Notes: generated from the letters alone by a model not told the origin. Numbered from the stretch's first letter, positions 1 through 8,905 are shown. The stretch is 32,134 bases of DNA from Parcubacteria group bacterium GW2011_GWA2_37_10 (GCA_000992015.1 LBSQ01000001.1:19473-51606); one strand, 5' to 3'. Program-made: numbers and translations.

Positions 1-2312
1 TTTGCGTCAATCATTTGCAAAAGCTGATGAAACATTCTGTGGCCTTCATTTTTATATTCAACCAAGGGATCCTGGCCGCCATAAGTTCTTAACCTTACCG
101 AGTCGCGCAAATGGTCCATATCTGAAAGATGCGCCTGCCATAAATTATCTAAAACCTTTAAACTCACAAATTTTTCAACTTGATGCATATCTTCCTCGCC
201 GATTTCTTTTTCTTTTTTATTATAATCCCCTTCTGAAAAACCTGCTTTTTTAAAAATTTCCAAAATTTTATCTTTTAATCCGCCCGCTGGCGGATTGGCT
301 GCTAAAAATTCATATCGTTTCTTATATATAATTTCCCTGTGCTTATTCATTACGTCATCATATTCCAATAAATGGTTTCTTGCGTCAAAATTGAATCCTT
401 CAATTTTTGACTGGGCAGATTCAATGGCTCCTGAAATCATATTCGCCTGAATCGGCTCGTCATCTGGAACTTTTAAAGCAGTCATTAAGTTTTTTATTTT
501 ATCTCCGCCAAAAATTCTCATCAAATCATCTTCCAAAGAAACAAAAAATTGCGAAGAACCCGGGTCGCCCTGTCTGCCTGCTCTTCCCCTTAACTGATTA
601 TCAATTCTTCTGGCGTCGTGCCTTTCTGTGCCCACAACGTGCAAGCCGCCCAGCTCCCCAACCCCTCGAGAATCATCGAGGTTTGGCGGATTACCGCCGA
701 GAATTATATCAACTCCTCTGCCTGCCATATTTGTTGCAATTGTTACAGCTCCCTTTTTTCCTGCCTGCGCAATAATTTCTCCTTCTCTTTCATGATTTTT
801 TGCATTTAAAATTTGGTGAGGAATTCCTTTGACTTCCAATAATTTTCCCAGATACTCATTTCTTTCAACAGACCTTGTGCCAACCAAAACCGGCTGGCCT
901 TTTTTGTTCAACCCCTCTATTTCTTTTACTACGGCTGAAAATTTTCCGCTTTCTGTTTTGAAAACTTTGTCGGCCAAATCTTTTCTTACCATTGGTTTAT
1001 TGGTCGGAATTACCGCAACCTCAAGATTGTAAACTTTGTCTAATTCCTCGGCCGAGGTTATTGCGGTTCCTGTCATTCCTGATATTTTTTTATAAAGCCT
1101 GAAATAATTTTGGAATGTGATTGTGGCTAATGTCAAAGATTCCGGTTTTACTTCCAAATTTTCTTTTGCCTCAACTGCCTGATGAAGCCCGGCAGACCAT
1201 CTGCGTCCGGGCAGAATTCGGCCCGTAAATTCATCAATAATCATTATTTCTCCGCCTTTTACAACATAATCTCTGTCTTTTAAAAATAAAACTTTGGCTC
1301 GCAAAGCCGATTCTAACTGATGGGTTATTGTAATGTCGTTGTCTAACCAAGGGTCAGATCCCAAACTTTTTATAACTCTGTTCTGCCCGGCTTCAGTAAA
1401 ACTGACTGCTTTCATTTTTTCGTCAACCGTGTAATCTGCCTGCCCTGAGCCCGCCGAAGGGACTTGCCCTGAGCCCGCCGAAGGGTTTCCTTCTAAAGGC
1501 AAAACAATTTTTGCAAACTGGTAATATTTTTCCGTTGCCTCTTCTTCCTGGCCGGAAATAATTAAGGGCACGCGCGCCTCATCAATTAAAATTGAGTCAA
1601 CCTCGTCAACAATGCAAAAATTAAATCCTCTTTGCGCCATTTGAGATAAATCATAAACCATGTTGTCGCGCAAATAGTCAAAACCAAACTCATGGTTTGT
1701 GCCATAAGTAATATCTGCCTCATATGCTTCTCTTCTTGAACAAGGTTTCAAAAATTCCTGCACAACTTTAAACCCTCCTAAAATATCTCTTTCTTTATCT
1801 AAATTATTTTTGTAATTGGCATCATAAATATAACCTGATTCGTTCACAATGCATCCTACAGACAGCCCCAAAGCATCATATATTTGCCCCATCCAAACCA
1901 TGTCCCTCTTGGCCAAATAGTCGTTTACAGTTACAATGTGCACCCCGCGACTTTCTATCGCGTTTAAATAGGCAGGTAACGTAGCTGACAAAGTCTTACC
2001 TTCGCCAGTGCGCATTTCGGCAATTTTGCCTTGGTGCAAAACAATGCCCCCAATCAACTGGCTGTCAAAGTGTCTCTGGTTTAAGGTTCTTTTTGCGGCT
2101 TCTCTTACCAATGCAAAAACCTCTGGAAGAATATAATCCAGAGTTTGGCCTTTTGCCAATCTTTCTTTAAACTCTTTTGTTTTTTCTTTTAGCTGTTCTG
2201 CAGAAAATTTCTGAAATTCCGGCTCAAAAGAATTTATTTTTTCAACAATGGGCGCCAATCCCTTTATATATTTTTCATTCGGATCCCCGAAAATTTTGCT
2301 AAAAATTGACAT
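1..2312 (-). CDS. secA: Preprotein translocase subunit SecA (3' end truncated by window edge)
   Basis: Manual translation from the ATG at 2312 (MSIFSKIFGDPNEK) is open to the window edge (~770 codons). Motifs: AEMRTGEGKT (Walker A), VTVNDYLA, YGTNHEFGFDYLRDNM, IVDEVDSILIDEAR, ATNMAGRGVDI, RRIDNQLRGRAGRQGDPG, DPLVEYKNEG. No stop in the window, hence absent from the ORF track. Confidence 0.98.
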   Translation of the reverse strand, partial: MSIFSKIFGDPNEKYIKGLAPIVEKINSFEPEFQKFSAEQLKEKTKEFKERLAKGQTLDYILPEVFALVREAAKRTLNQRHFDSQLIGGIVLHQGKIAEMRTGEGKTLSATLPAYLNAIESRGVHIVTVNDYLAKRDMVWMGQIYDALGLSVGCIVNESGYIYDANYKNNLDKERDILGGFKVVQEFLKPCSRREAYEADITYGTNHEFGFDYLRDNMVYDLSQMAQRGFNFCIVDEVDSILIDEARVPLIISGQEEEATEKYYQFAKIVLPLEGNPSAGSGQVPSAGSGQADYTVDEKMKAVSFTEAGQNRVIKSLGSDPWLDNDITITHQLESALRAKVLFLKDRDYVVKGGEIMIIDEFTGRILPGRRWSAGLHQAVEAKENLEVKPESLTLATITFQNYFRLYKKISGMTGTAITSAEELDKVYNLEVAVIPTNKPMVRKDLADKVFKTESGKFSAVVKEIEGLNKKGQPVLVGTRSVERNEYLGKLLEVKGIPHQILNAKNHEREGEIIAQAGKKGAVTIATNMAGRGVDIILGGNPPNLDDSRGVGELGGLHVVGTERHDARRIDNQLRGRAGRQGDPGSSQFFVSLEDDLMRIFGGDKIKNLMTALKVPDDEPIQANMISGAIESAQSKIEGFNFDARNHLLEYDDVMNKHREIIYKKRYEFLAANPPAGGLKDKILEIFKKAGFSEGDYNKKEKEIGEEDMHQVEKFVSLKVLDNLWQAHLSDMDHLRDSVRLRTYGGQDPLVEYKNEGHRMFHQLLQMIDA
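277..296. repeat. GC-rich 20-bp palindrome inside secA (encodes NPPAGGL)
   Basis: AATCCGCC-CGCT-GGCGGATT: perfect 8-bp arms in an AT-rich context. Confidence 0.65.
1441..1485. repeat. Tandem pair of REP-like mini-hairpins in-frame in secA (PSAGSGQV-PSAGSGQA)
   Basis: TGCCCTGAGCCCGCCGAAGGG at 1441-1461 and 1465-1485 (24-bp period). Each contains CCCT-GAGCCCGCCGA-AGGG. Confidence 0.9.
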
Positions 2313-2336
2313 ATAGTTATTCTGTTATATTATACG

Positions 2337-2363
2337 AAAAACCGCATTTATTCAATGCGGTTT
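2337..2363 (-). terminator. Intrinsic terminator-like hairpin after the speD-like gene, overlapping a putative secA promoter
   Basis: Minus strand AAACCGCATT-GAATA-AATGCGGTTT then TT, followed by CG-TATAAT shortly before the secA ATG. Confidence 0.6.
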
Positions 2364-2383
2364 GAAGACAAAATGGTTTATTG

Positions 2384-2788
2384 TTATTCTTTTGTGGCGC
2401 CGCGGAGGGTGGTATTAAAAACAAGGTTTTGCGCCTTAAAAAAGTTTTTTGTGAAATCAACTGCTTTTTGCTGGTCGTAAAATTTGCAGGAAAATATATC
2501 AATGAAAACAGAGTTATCTGTTTCAGCAAAGTGTCCCGATATTAAAGAAGTTTCTATCAATTGAGCTAAGCTGTATCCCGAAACTTTCGGGTCTTCGCCA
2601 AAACGCGCGACTACCGGCTCTCCGAATCTTTTCATGTCTATTAAATCGCAAACTTCAATGGCATATTGTTTTATTTTTTCTCCGCTGCTTATAGTTTCGT
2701 GGTCGCACCCAAATAAATCTATTGAAGTGAGCATTCCCCATACGCCCCTACGTTCATACTCACTTTCAGAAATTGTGTTATTATTCAT
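2384..2788 (-). CDS. speD: S-adenosylmethionine decarboxylase-like (SpeD family) pyruvoyl proenzyme
   Basis: WGMLTSIDLFGCD, GYSLAQLIETSLISGHF and FIDIFSCK match the short AdoMetDC fold. Start placed at ATG 2788; the TTG at 2824 is part of a -35 box. Confidence 0.8.
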   Translation of the reverse strand: MNNNTISESEYERRGVWGMLTSIDLFGCDHETISSGEKIKQYAIEVCDLIDMKRFGEPVVARFGEDPKVSGYSLAQLIETSLISGHFAETDNSVFIDIFSCKFYDQQKAVDFTKNFFKAQNLVFNTTLRGATKE

Positions 2789-2796
2789 CTTTTTCA

Positions 2797-2824
2797 ATTT
2801 TATATTATGCCGAATATCTGTCAA
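2797..2824 (-). promoter_or_regulatory. Sigma70-type promoter for the speD-like gene
   Basis: TTGACA (2824-2819), 16 nt, TAAAAT (2802-2797). Only 8 nt separate the -10 from the ATG. Confidence 0.6.
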
Positions 2825-3213
2825 GGTGTGAATAAATCGCGGCGGCGAGGACGACGCGCTAAATCATTTTTTTTTAATTTATATTTTTTAATCTCCTGCT
2901 GTAACTTGTCTTTAATTTCCACGACGGTCAAAAACAAATCGTTTCCGGCTGATTGCGCCATTATTTTTTTACCGGGCAATAAAATTCTTGCCTCTGACCT
3001 GAAAACATTGCCTTTGTTATGGTGTTTACTTTCTTTTTCAATCTCAAAAAAAACTTCTGCTAATGTTTTTTTATCCCGCCTGGAATTCGCCAAAGGGTCT
3101 TCCTCGCGCTTTAAAACATCTATAAATTTTTTAAGACTTCCGATTTTTTCTTCAATAAAACTTTTAAGCGGCGCTGTTAATTCAAGATTTTTTGTTCTGA
3201 TTAAAATTTTCAT
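2821..3213 (-). CDS. hpf: Ribosome hibernation promoting factor (HPF/RaiA), short form
   Basis: MKILIRTKNLELTAPLKSFIEEKIGSL...DLFLTVVEIKDKLQQEIKKYK is typical of the S30AE family; hpf next to secA is a common arrangement. Confidence 0.88.
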   Translation of the reverse strand: MKILIRTKNLELTAPLKSFIEEKIGSLKKFIDVLKREEDPLANSRRDKKTLAEVFFEIEKESKHHNKGNVFRSEARILLPGKKIMAQSAGNDLFLTVVEIKDKLQQEIKKYKLKKNDLARRPRRRDLFTP

Positions 3214-3216
3214 AAT

Positions 3217-3233
3217 TTTTACCGTAGCGATAT
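3217..3233 (-). promoter_or_regulatory. Start-proximal conserved motif, copy 1 (before hpf)
   Basis: Minus strand ATATCGCTACGGTAAAA-ATT-ATG; near-identical copies at 13540-13556 and 26106-26122. Function unknown. Confidence 0.6.
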
Positions 3234-3241
3234 AATTATTT

Positions 3242-4153
3242 TCATAAAATTTGCACCTCTGTCTCTAATGATACGTCAGAAGTTTTTTTAACTTTTTTTT
3301 GAACCAATTTAATTAAAGCCAGAACATCTTTGGCTTTGGCGTTTCCTAAATTAATAATAAAATTTGCATGCTGCAGAGATATCTGGGCTCCACCTATTTT
3401 TTTGCCCTTGAGCCCGGCTTTTTCAATTAATTCTCCTGCTCGGATAACCTTACCCCTTTTTTCAGGATTCACAAAAACCGAGCCGGCAGAGGGAAATGTT
3501 ACGGGGTGGCTATTTTTTCTGTAACTCATAAATTTATTCATTCTTCCTTTTATTTCCTCTTTATTTCCTTTTTTAGGCGTAAAGGTCGCAGAAATAATTA
3601 TCAAATTTTTTCTCTTTTTAAAGATGCTATTTTTTAATGAAAACTTGCACTGCTCTTTTGAAAAAAATTTAGTTTTCAGGTTTTTTATATCTAACGCCTC
3701 AATGCTCTCTATCCAGTCTGAAACTTTTTCATTAAATGCCTGCGCGTGCCCATATACGGCTCCGCCAACTGTTGCCCCCGGAATTCCGGATGCCCATTCA
3801 AATCCTGAAAAACTATTTTCTGCCGCGCAATCCGCTAAATCATAGAGGGTGGTTCCGGCGAAAGAAAAAATCTTGTCTTCTTCCGCTTTGCACCCTAAAA
3901 TTTCAATTTTTACAACCAGTCCGTTAAACCCTTTGTCTAAAACCAGAACATTGCTGCCGCCGCCCAATATGAAAACAGGCAGTTTAAGCTCTTTTGCGAT
4001 TTTTACGGCGCAAAGTAAATCTTCTTTAGATTTTGCAACAAAAAAATATTTGGCCGGTCCGCCGATTTTAAATGTTGTATGGTTCTTTAACGGAATATTT
4101 TTCTGGACATCCGGTAATTCTTTTTTCAATTTTTCTAAAATTTGGTCTTCCAT
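3242..4153 (-). CDS. murB: UDP-N-acetylmuramate dehydrogenase
   Basis: LKNHTTFKIGGPA, LGGGSNVL, GIPGATVGGA, PSAGSVFVNP, HANFIINLG, LETEVQ. Confidence 0.96.
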   Translation of the reverse strand: MEDQILEKLKKELPDVQKNIPLKNHTTFKIGGPAKYFFVAKSKEDLLCAVKIAKELKLPVFILGGGSNVLVLDKGFNGLVVKIEILGCKAEEDKIFSFAGTTLYDLADCAAENSFSGFEWASGIPGATVGGAVYGHAQAFNEKVSDWIESIEALDIKNLKTKFFSKEQCKFSLKNSIFKKRKNLIIISATFTPKKGNKEEIKGRMNKFMSYRKNSHPVTFPSAGSVFVNPEKRGKVIRAGELIEKAGLKGKKIGGAQISLQHANFIINLGNAKAKDVLALIKLVQKKVKKTSDVSLETEVQIL

Positions 4154-4154
4154 A

Positions 4155-5806
4155 TTATCCGTCGGATAAAAAGAAATTTATTTTTATTCTTGTTGCTGGG
4201 CCCACAACGCCTGTTCCCGAGAACAGCCCAAGGGGCGCTAAAATTTCTACCCTATATTTTTCCTGAAAACGAATTACGGCTGATCTGGTTAAACTGCCAA
4301 AATATCCCGTCACAAAACCTTCTGGATAAATGTCCACCCCCTGCGATTTTAAAAAAGTTTGCAGACATTTAATCTCGCTATTGTTTGACATTCCAAAAGA
4401 AAGATTATTATTTATCTTAGAACAAGCGCTATTATTGCTATTACCGCCATTTCTCTGGGCAATTATATCCGCAATTTGTTTTTTAAGAGAAGCTATTTGG
4501 TCTAATAATTTTTGAATTAAAACCTGGTCTTCTTGAGACGTCTGCCCCTCAATAGAAACGGTAAAAGTATATGGGTATGTAAATTCAAAACCGTCGAATC
4601 CTTCAATCTTTGTCTGCAGAGAGGGAATAATAATCAGGGAATTGTAGTCTGCGCCAAAATTTTTAATAGTGATTTCTCCCTGTTCTTTTTTATCAAGCTT
4701 TAAAAATTTTATTGAATAATTATTATCCTTGTCAAAAACAATATATGGAACTTGGAAATTTAATCCGGCCGAGCTTGAAAAATTTAGTTTTAAATCGCAC
4801 TATTTCCGACCAAAGGCAAAAAATTAAGCGTGGAATTCAGCCTGAGGTTTTTTAAATTAGCATTTAAATAACAATACTTTATATCAAGAGAACAGTCGTT
4901 GACAACAGATGTTATCGTCCAATTCGTAAAAATCTGGGAAAAATCTTCTTTAACTCCATTTCTCTTCAGAGCATAGTTTATGCTGTTTATGCCGGTAAGC
5001 TTTGATTTTAAGGAATCGACCAGAATATCTATGCCATAATGGTCAATTAAATAATGGGTAAACAGGCTCACAACCCCATAATCATATTTACTTTCCTGCC
5101 ATTCGGTCAAAGAGTCTGTCGGCTTTTCCAAAAAAGTCTGCGCTCTTTTTTGAAGGTTGCTTCCGGAATAAGAAGTGTCATAACCCAGAATATTTGAAGA
5201 ATAATCTGCCCTTGCTTCATTTAACCAGACCTCTTCTTGGACATCAAAAATTTTGTCTTTTTGGTTAAAGGTAATCAGGTGCGCGAGCTCATGGGCCAAA
5301 AATACCTTTATTTCCGGGTTATCAATCTGACTTATCGGCAAATAAAGCATTTCTCTTTCGTTTGAATCAGAAATCTGTAGTTTTAAATATTCATCTGCAG
5401 AACGGAAATAGCCTCCTGTGCCCTCTTTCATTGGATGAAACAGAATGGTAATTTTTGCGTCTCCGTCAACCCCGGGTTTCCATTCGGAACCGAAAACAGA
5501 AGTCAGTGTTGGATAAATCCTGTTAGAAAACTCTGAAGACAAAGAATCTAAATTTAAAAGAATTTCGTTCTGTTTTGCCGGCATTTGAGAATCCAACCAC
5601 TTTTTTTCTACATAAAAATAAATATTAGAAGTGGTTTTAACCAGCGTGGCTGTTGTTTGAGACCTGGCTGACGAGTCATAGTTGCTGTCTATATAAAAAT
5701 TTACGCTGTCGCCGGAATTAACAGCCCTAACGGCTGAAGGCGCGAGTAAAATAAAAAAGAGGGCAAGTATTAAAATTTTTTTGTTTGACACTCCAAAAAA
5801 AATCAT
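4155..5806 (-). pseudogene. Frameshifted secreted zinc metallopeptidase (HExxH) with C-terminal peptidoglycan-binding domain
   Basis: 5806-4790 has a signal peptide, HELAH and WLNEA. A second frame is open 4799-4155 with no start codon until 4391 (DLKLNFSSSAGLNFQVPYIVFDK...LLDQIASLKKQIA...CLQTFLKSQG...GYFGSLTRSAVIRFQEKY). The span (1652 bp) is not a multiple of 3. Confidence 0.75.
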
Positions 5807-5879
5807 GAATTAAATTTTTTTATACAACGGGCCTGATGCTTGCTTTAATATTAACACGATAAAGCGATGCGAGGAAATT

Positions 5880-7748
5880 TTATCCCTTAAACGGCTTATA
5901 ATGAGGCAAAAAACTTCTCAAAATACTGATTATTTTTTCGTCTTGAGGACTGCCTACGATTTTTTTGAGTTCTTCTATCTTTTTCTCTAATTTTACTGAA
6001 TCTATATTGGAAAGATTTGCCATAAAAATTTTTTGGTTTTGCGTCGCAACGGTACCTTCCTCTGCCGTAAGTATTTCTTCAAAAAGTTTTTCACCCGGCC
6101 TTGGTTTTGTAAAAACAATGGCGATGTCTTTGTCTAATTCAAGCCCGGACAATTTAATCATTTCTTTAGCAAGGTCTAAAATTTTAACCGGTTCTCCCAT
6201 GTCTAAAACAAACACTTCCCCTCCTTTGCCCATAGACCCTGCCTGCACAACAAGCAGGCACGCTTCAGAAATCAGCATTAAATATCTTTTCATTTTAGGG
6301 TGGGTAACTTCTACGGGCCCCCCTTTTCTGATTTGCTCCTTGAACGTCGGCATCACGCTTCCTCTGCTGTTTAATACGTTTCCGAATCTTACGGAAATAA
6401 ATTTAACATTATTTTTTTGGTTATATGCCTGGCATATCATTTCGCCAACTCTTTTTGTGGCGCCCATCACCGAAGTCGGATTTACCGCTTTGTCCGTTGA
6501 AATAAAAATAAATTTTTCAACATTGGTTTCCAAACTGACTTGTGCCAAGTTTTTTACGGCAAAAATATTATTTTTTACCGCTTCATCGGGTTGGGCTTCC
6601 ATTAAAGGAACGTGTTTATATGCCGCCGCATGAAAAATAATTTTTGGCCCAAAGTTTTTAAAAACTTCTTCTATTTTTTTTCTGTCTAAAATATTTGCTA
6701 CTAAAGATTTAATCTCCAAGTGCGGAAACTTATTTTTTAGTTCTTCTGAAATATTAAAAATCCCGGTTTCGTCTTGGTCTAAAAGCATAAGCAGAGACGG
6801 ATTAAATTTTGCGGTTTGCCTTGATAATTCAGATCCAATTGAACCCGCGGCGCCAGTTATTAAAACCACTTTATCTTTTATAAAATTTTCAATTTGTTTT
6901 ATTTCTAACGAAACCCGTTCTCTTCCCAATAAATCCTCCACCCCAACATCTTTGAGGCTGCGCAAAGATAAGTGGCCGTTGATAATTTCGGTTATCGGCG
7001 GTGTAATTTTAATTTTTTTTAATCCTGCCTTCTTTCCATTTTCAATTGCATTTTTAATTGTTTTTCCGCTTGCCGACGGCAGTGCAATAACCATTTGTTC
7101 AATCTGATATTTTTTTACAATTTTTTGGATATCTTCAATTTTTCCTAAAACTCTAAGCCCATGAATCGTTATGTTTTGTTTTATGGAACTGTCATCAATA
7201 AATCCAACCGGAGTATACGGGCTGTTTACAGCCGAAAACATGCTTCTTAAAATCTGCTCTCCGGCATCTCCCGCTCCGATAATAAGTATTTTTTCCTTTT
7301 TCAGCAACCTGTTGGACCCGATAATGTGCAAATAAATTCTTTTGGCAAAACGCAAGGCTCCGCACAAAACAAATACAAAAATATAACTTATAAAAATAAT
7401 TGACCTTGGGAAAGTTGCGAAGGAGGTAAAATCTTTGGAAATATAAATCGCAGCTCCCAAAAACAAGAAGGAAATGCTTGTAGCCTTAAACAAAGAAATC
7501 AACTCGCTGGCTGAAACATAAGACCACGAAAAAGAATAAAGCCCCTGAGAATAAAATATAGGGATAGTAAAGATTATGGCGAGCCCGGCGGTTTCAAAAA
7601 TAAAGTGTAAATATTGCGCAGGCACGAGGCCGTCAAATCTTATTAAAAAAGCCAACCAAACCGAAACAGCAATTAAAATTACGTCTGTCAAAATAAAAAA
7701 TATATTGCGTGTTACAATTGTTTTTTTAAATAGAGAATGAAAGTTCAT
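5880..7748 (-). CDS. Membrane-bound UDP-GlcNAc 4,6-dehydratase (PglF/CapD/WbpM family)
   Basis: Four N-terminal TM segments, GAGDAG, EDLLGR, ITGAAGSIG, HAAAYKHVP, STDKAVNPTSVMGATKR, VRFGNVL, RPGEKLFEE. Confidence 0.95.
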   Translation of the reverse strand: MNFHSLFKKTIVTRNIFFILTDVILIAVSVWLAFLIRFDGLVPAQYLHFIFETAGLAIIFTIPIFYSQGLYSFSWSYVSASELISLFKATSISFLFLGAAIYISKDFTSFATFPRSIIFISYIFVFVLCGALRFAKRIYLHIIGSNRLLKKEKILIIGAGDAGEQILRSMFSAVNSPYTPVGFIDDSSIKQNITIHGLRVLGKIEDIQKIVKKYQIEQMVIALPSASGKTIKNAIENGKKAGLKKIKITPPITEIINGHLSLRSLKDVGVEDLLGRERVSLEIKQIENFIKDKVVLITGAAGSIGSELSRQTAKFNPSLLMLLDQDETGIFNISEELKNKFPHLEIKSLVANILDRKKIEEVFKNFGPKIIFHAAAYKHVPLMEAQPDEAVKNNIFAVKNLAQVSLETNVEKFIFISTDKAVNPTSVMGATKRVGEMICQAYNQKNNVKFISVRFGNVLNSRGSVMPTFKEQIRKGGPVEVTHPKMKRYLMLISEACLLVVQAGSMGKGGEVFVLDMGEPVKILDLAKEMIKLSGLELDKDIAIVFTKPRPGEKLFEEILTAEEGTVATQNQKIFMANLSNIDSVKLEKKIEELKKIVGSPQDEKIISILRSFLPHYKPFKG

Positions 7749-8905
7749 TTTATTTTTTGCGCTAAACTTATTGCTTCTTTCAAATTTTTAACCACAAATT
7801 CTATTTCCTCTTCTTTCAAATTATTAAAAAGGGGCAGCGCTAATGTTCTTTTACTGACATTTTCTGCTATTGGAAAATCGCCCTCTTTGTATCTAAACTC
7901 TTTTTTATAAAACGGCTGCGAATGGATTGTTTGAAAATAATTTCCGCATTGGATTCCCCTCTCTGCCATCTTTTTAATTATCACATCCCTCTTACCGGAT
8001 AATTTCCCGCTTAATTTTATAACATAAACAAACCAGCTTAATTTGTTTCCGGATTTTACAAAAGGAACTTCAATCCCTTCAATTGATTTCAGCCTTCTAT
8101 TATATATGCCAGCAACTTTTGCCCTTTTACCTAAAATTTCTTTGATCCGCTTCATTTGAGCAATTCCCATGGCGCAGCTCATCTCGTCCAATCTGTAATT
8201 ATAACCCAGCCTTATATGCTCTAACCATTTTCCATTTTTTTTCTCTCTGCCCTGATTTGCCATACTGCGGCAACTCTCTGCAATTTTGCGATTATTAGTT
8301 AGAATCATTCCGCCTTCTCCGGTTGTTATCTGCTTATTTGGATAAAAGGCATAAATTGCGGCATCTCCAAAACTTCCGCATTTTTCGCGCTTAGCGCGTA
8401 GTGAGCCCGTCGAACTATACTCTGACCCCAGCGCTTCGGCTGAATCCTCTATCAAAAATAATTTATGCTTTTTCACAATTTTCTGCAATTCGTTCCAATC
8501 AGCGGGCTGAGAAAAAACATCAACCGCTAAAATTGCCTTTGTTTTTTCGGTAATTTTTTCTTCTATTTTTTTAACGTCAATATTAAAAGTTTTTTCGTCT
8601 ATATCTATGAAAACGGGTTTTGCTTTTTCAAACAAAATACAATTTGACGAAGCTATAAAAGAAAAAGGAGTTGTAATTACCTCGTCTCCGTCTTTAATGC
8701 CCAGCGCCCTTATAATAAGATGCAATCCGCTTGTTCCGCTGTTCACTGCCACGGTAAACTTTACTCCGGCGAAATCAGCCATTATTTTTTCAAACTCTTT
8801 ATATTTTTCTCCCAAACTCAAAGAAGAGGTTTCTAAAACCTCTGCCACGGCTTTCTTCTCTGAATTTGTTATGTCCGGTTTTGACAGCGGAATTTTATAT
8901 TTCAT
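7745..8905 (-). CDS. DegT/DnrJ/EryC1/StrS PLP-dependent sugar aminotransferase
   Basis: NSGTSGLHL, IEDSAEALG, AFYPNKQITTGEGG, GYNYR. Confidence 0.95.
   Translation of the reverse strand: MKYKIPLSKPDITNSEKKAVAEVLETSSLSLGEKYKEFEKIMADFAGVKFTVAVNSGTSGLHLIIRALGIKDGDEVITTPFSFIASSNCILFEKAKPVFIDIDEKTFNIDVKKIEEKITEKTKAILAVDVFSQPADWNELQKIVKKHKLFLIEDSAEALGSEYSSTGSLRAKREKCGSFGDAAIYAFYPNKQITTGEGGMILTNNRKIAESCRSMANQGREKKNGKWLEHIRLGYNYRLDEMSCAMGIAQMKRIKEILGKRAKVAGIYNRRLKSIEGIEVPFVKSGNKLSWFVYVIKLSGKLSGKRDVIIKKMAERGIQCGNYFQTIHSQPFYKKEFRYKEGDFPIAENVSKRTLALPLFNNLKEEEIEFVVKNLKEAISLAQKIK
8386..8417. repeat. Composite of two mini-hairpins in-frame in the DegT gene (SSTGSLRAKR)
   Basis: CGCGC-TTA-GCGCG (8386-8398) abuts TAGT-GAGCCCGTCGA-ACTA (8399-8417); the latter shares its core with the secA repeats. 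Confidence 0.85.

Noticed and set aside
664-698. Palindromes CCTCGA/TCGAGG and GGCGG-ATTA-CCGCC in secA
   Set aside because: They encode the conserved LGGNP region and its short following loop; Gly-Gly/Pro-Pro codons create such symmetry by chance.
2-1032. Short + strand ORFs here and throughout the window (e.g. 5965-6633, 8607-9065, 12910-13242)
   Set aside because: They are antisense shadows of well-supported minus-strand genes, with no recognisable motifs or initiation signals.
1-2312. No long ORF listed over 1-2312, suggesting a non-coding gap or pseudogene
   Set aside because: Manual translation shows an uninterrupted SecA; it only lacks a stop inside the window.
2836-3090. GC-rich patches in hpf (PLANSRRD and the RRPRRRDL tail) resembling decayed palindromic inserts
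   Set aside because: No clean arms can be defined; this cannot be supported without orthologue alignment.
3242-3244. Possible alternative genetic code (UGA=Gly, as in Gracilibacteria/Absconditabacteria)
   Set aside because: TGA ends full-length genes (murB, hpf, several ATGA overlaps), and conserved ORFs contain no internal TGA.
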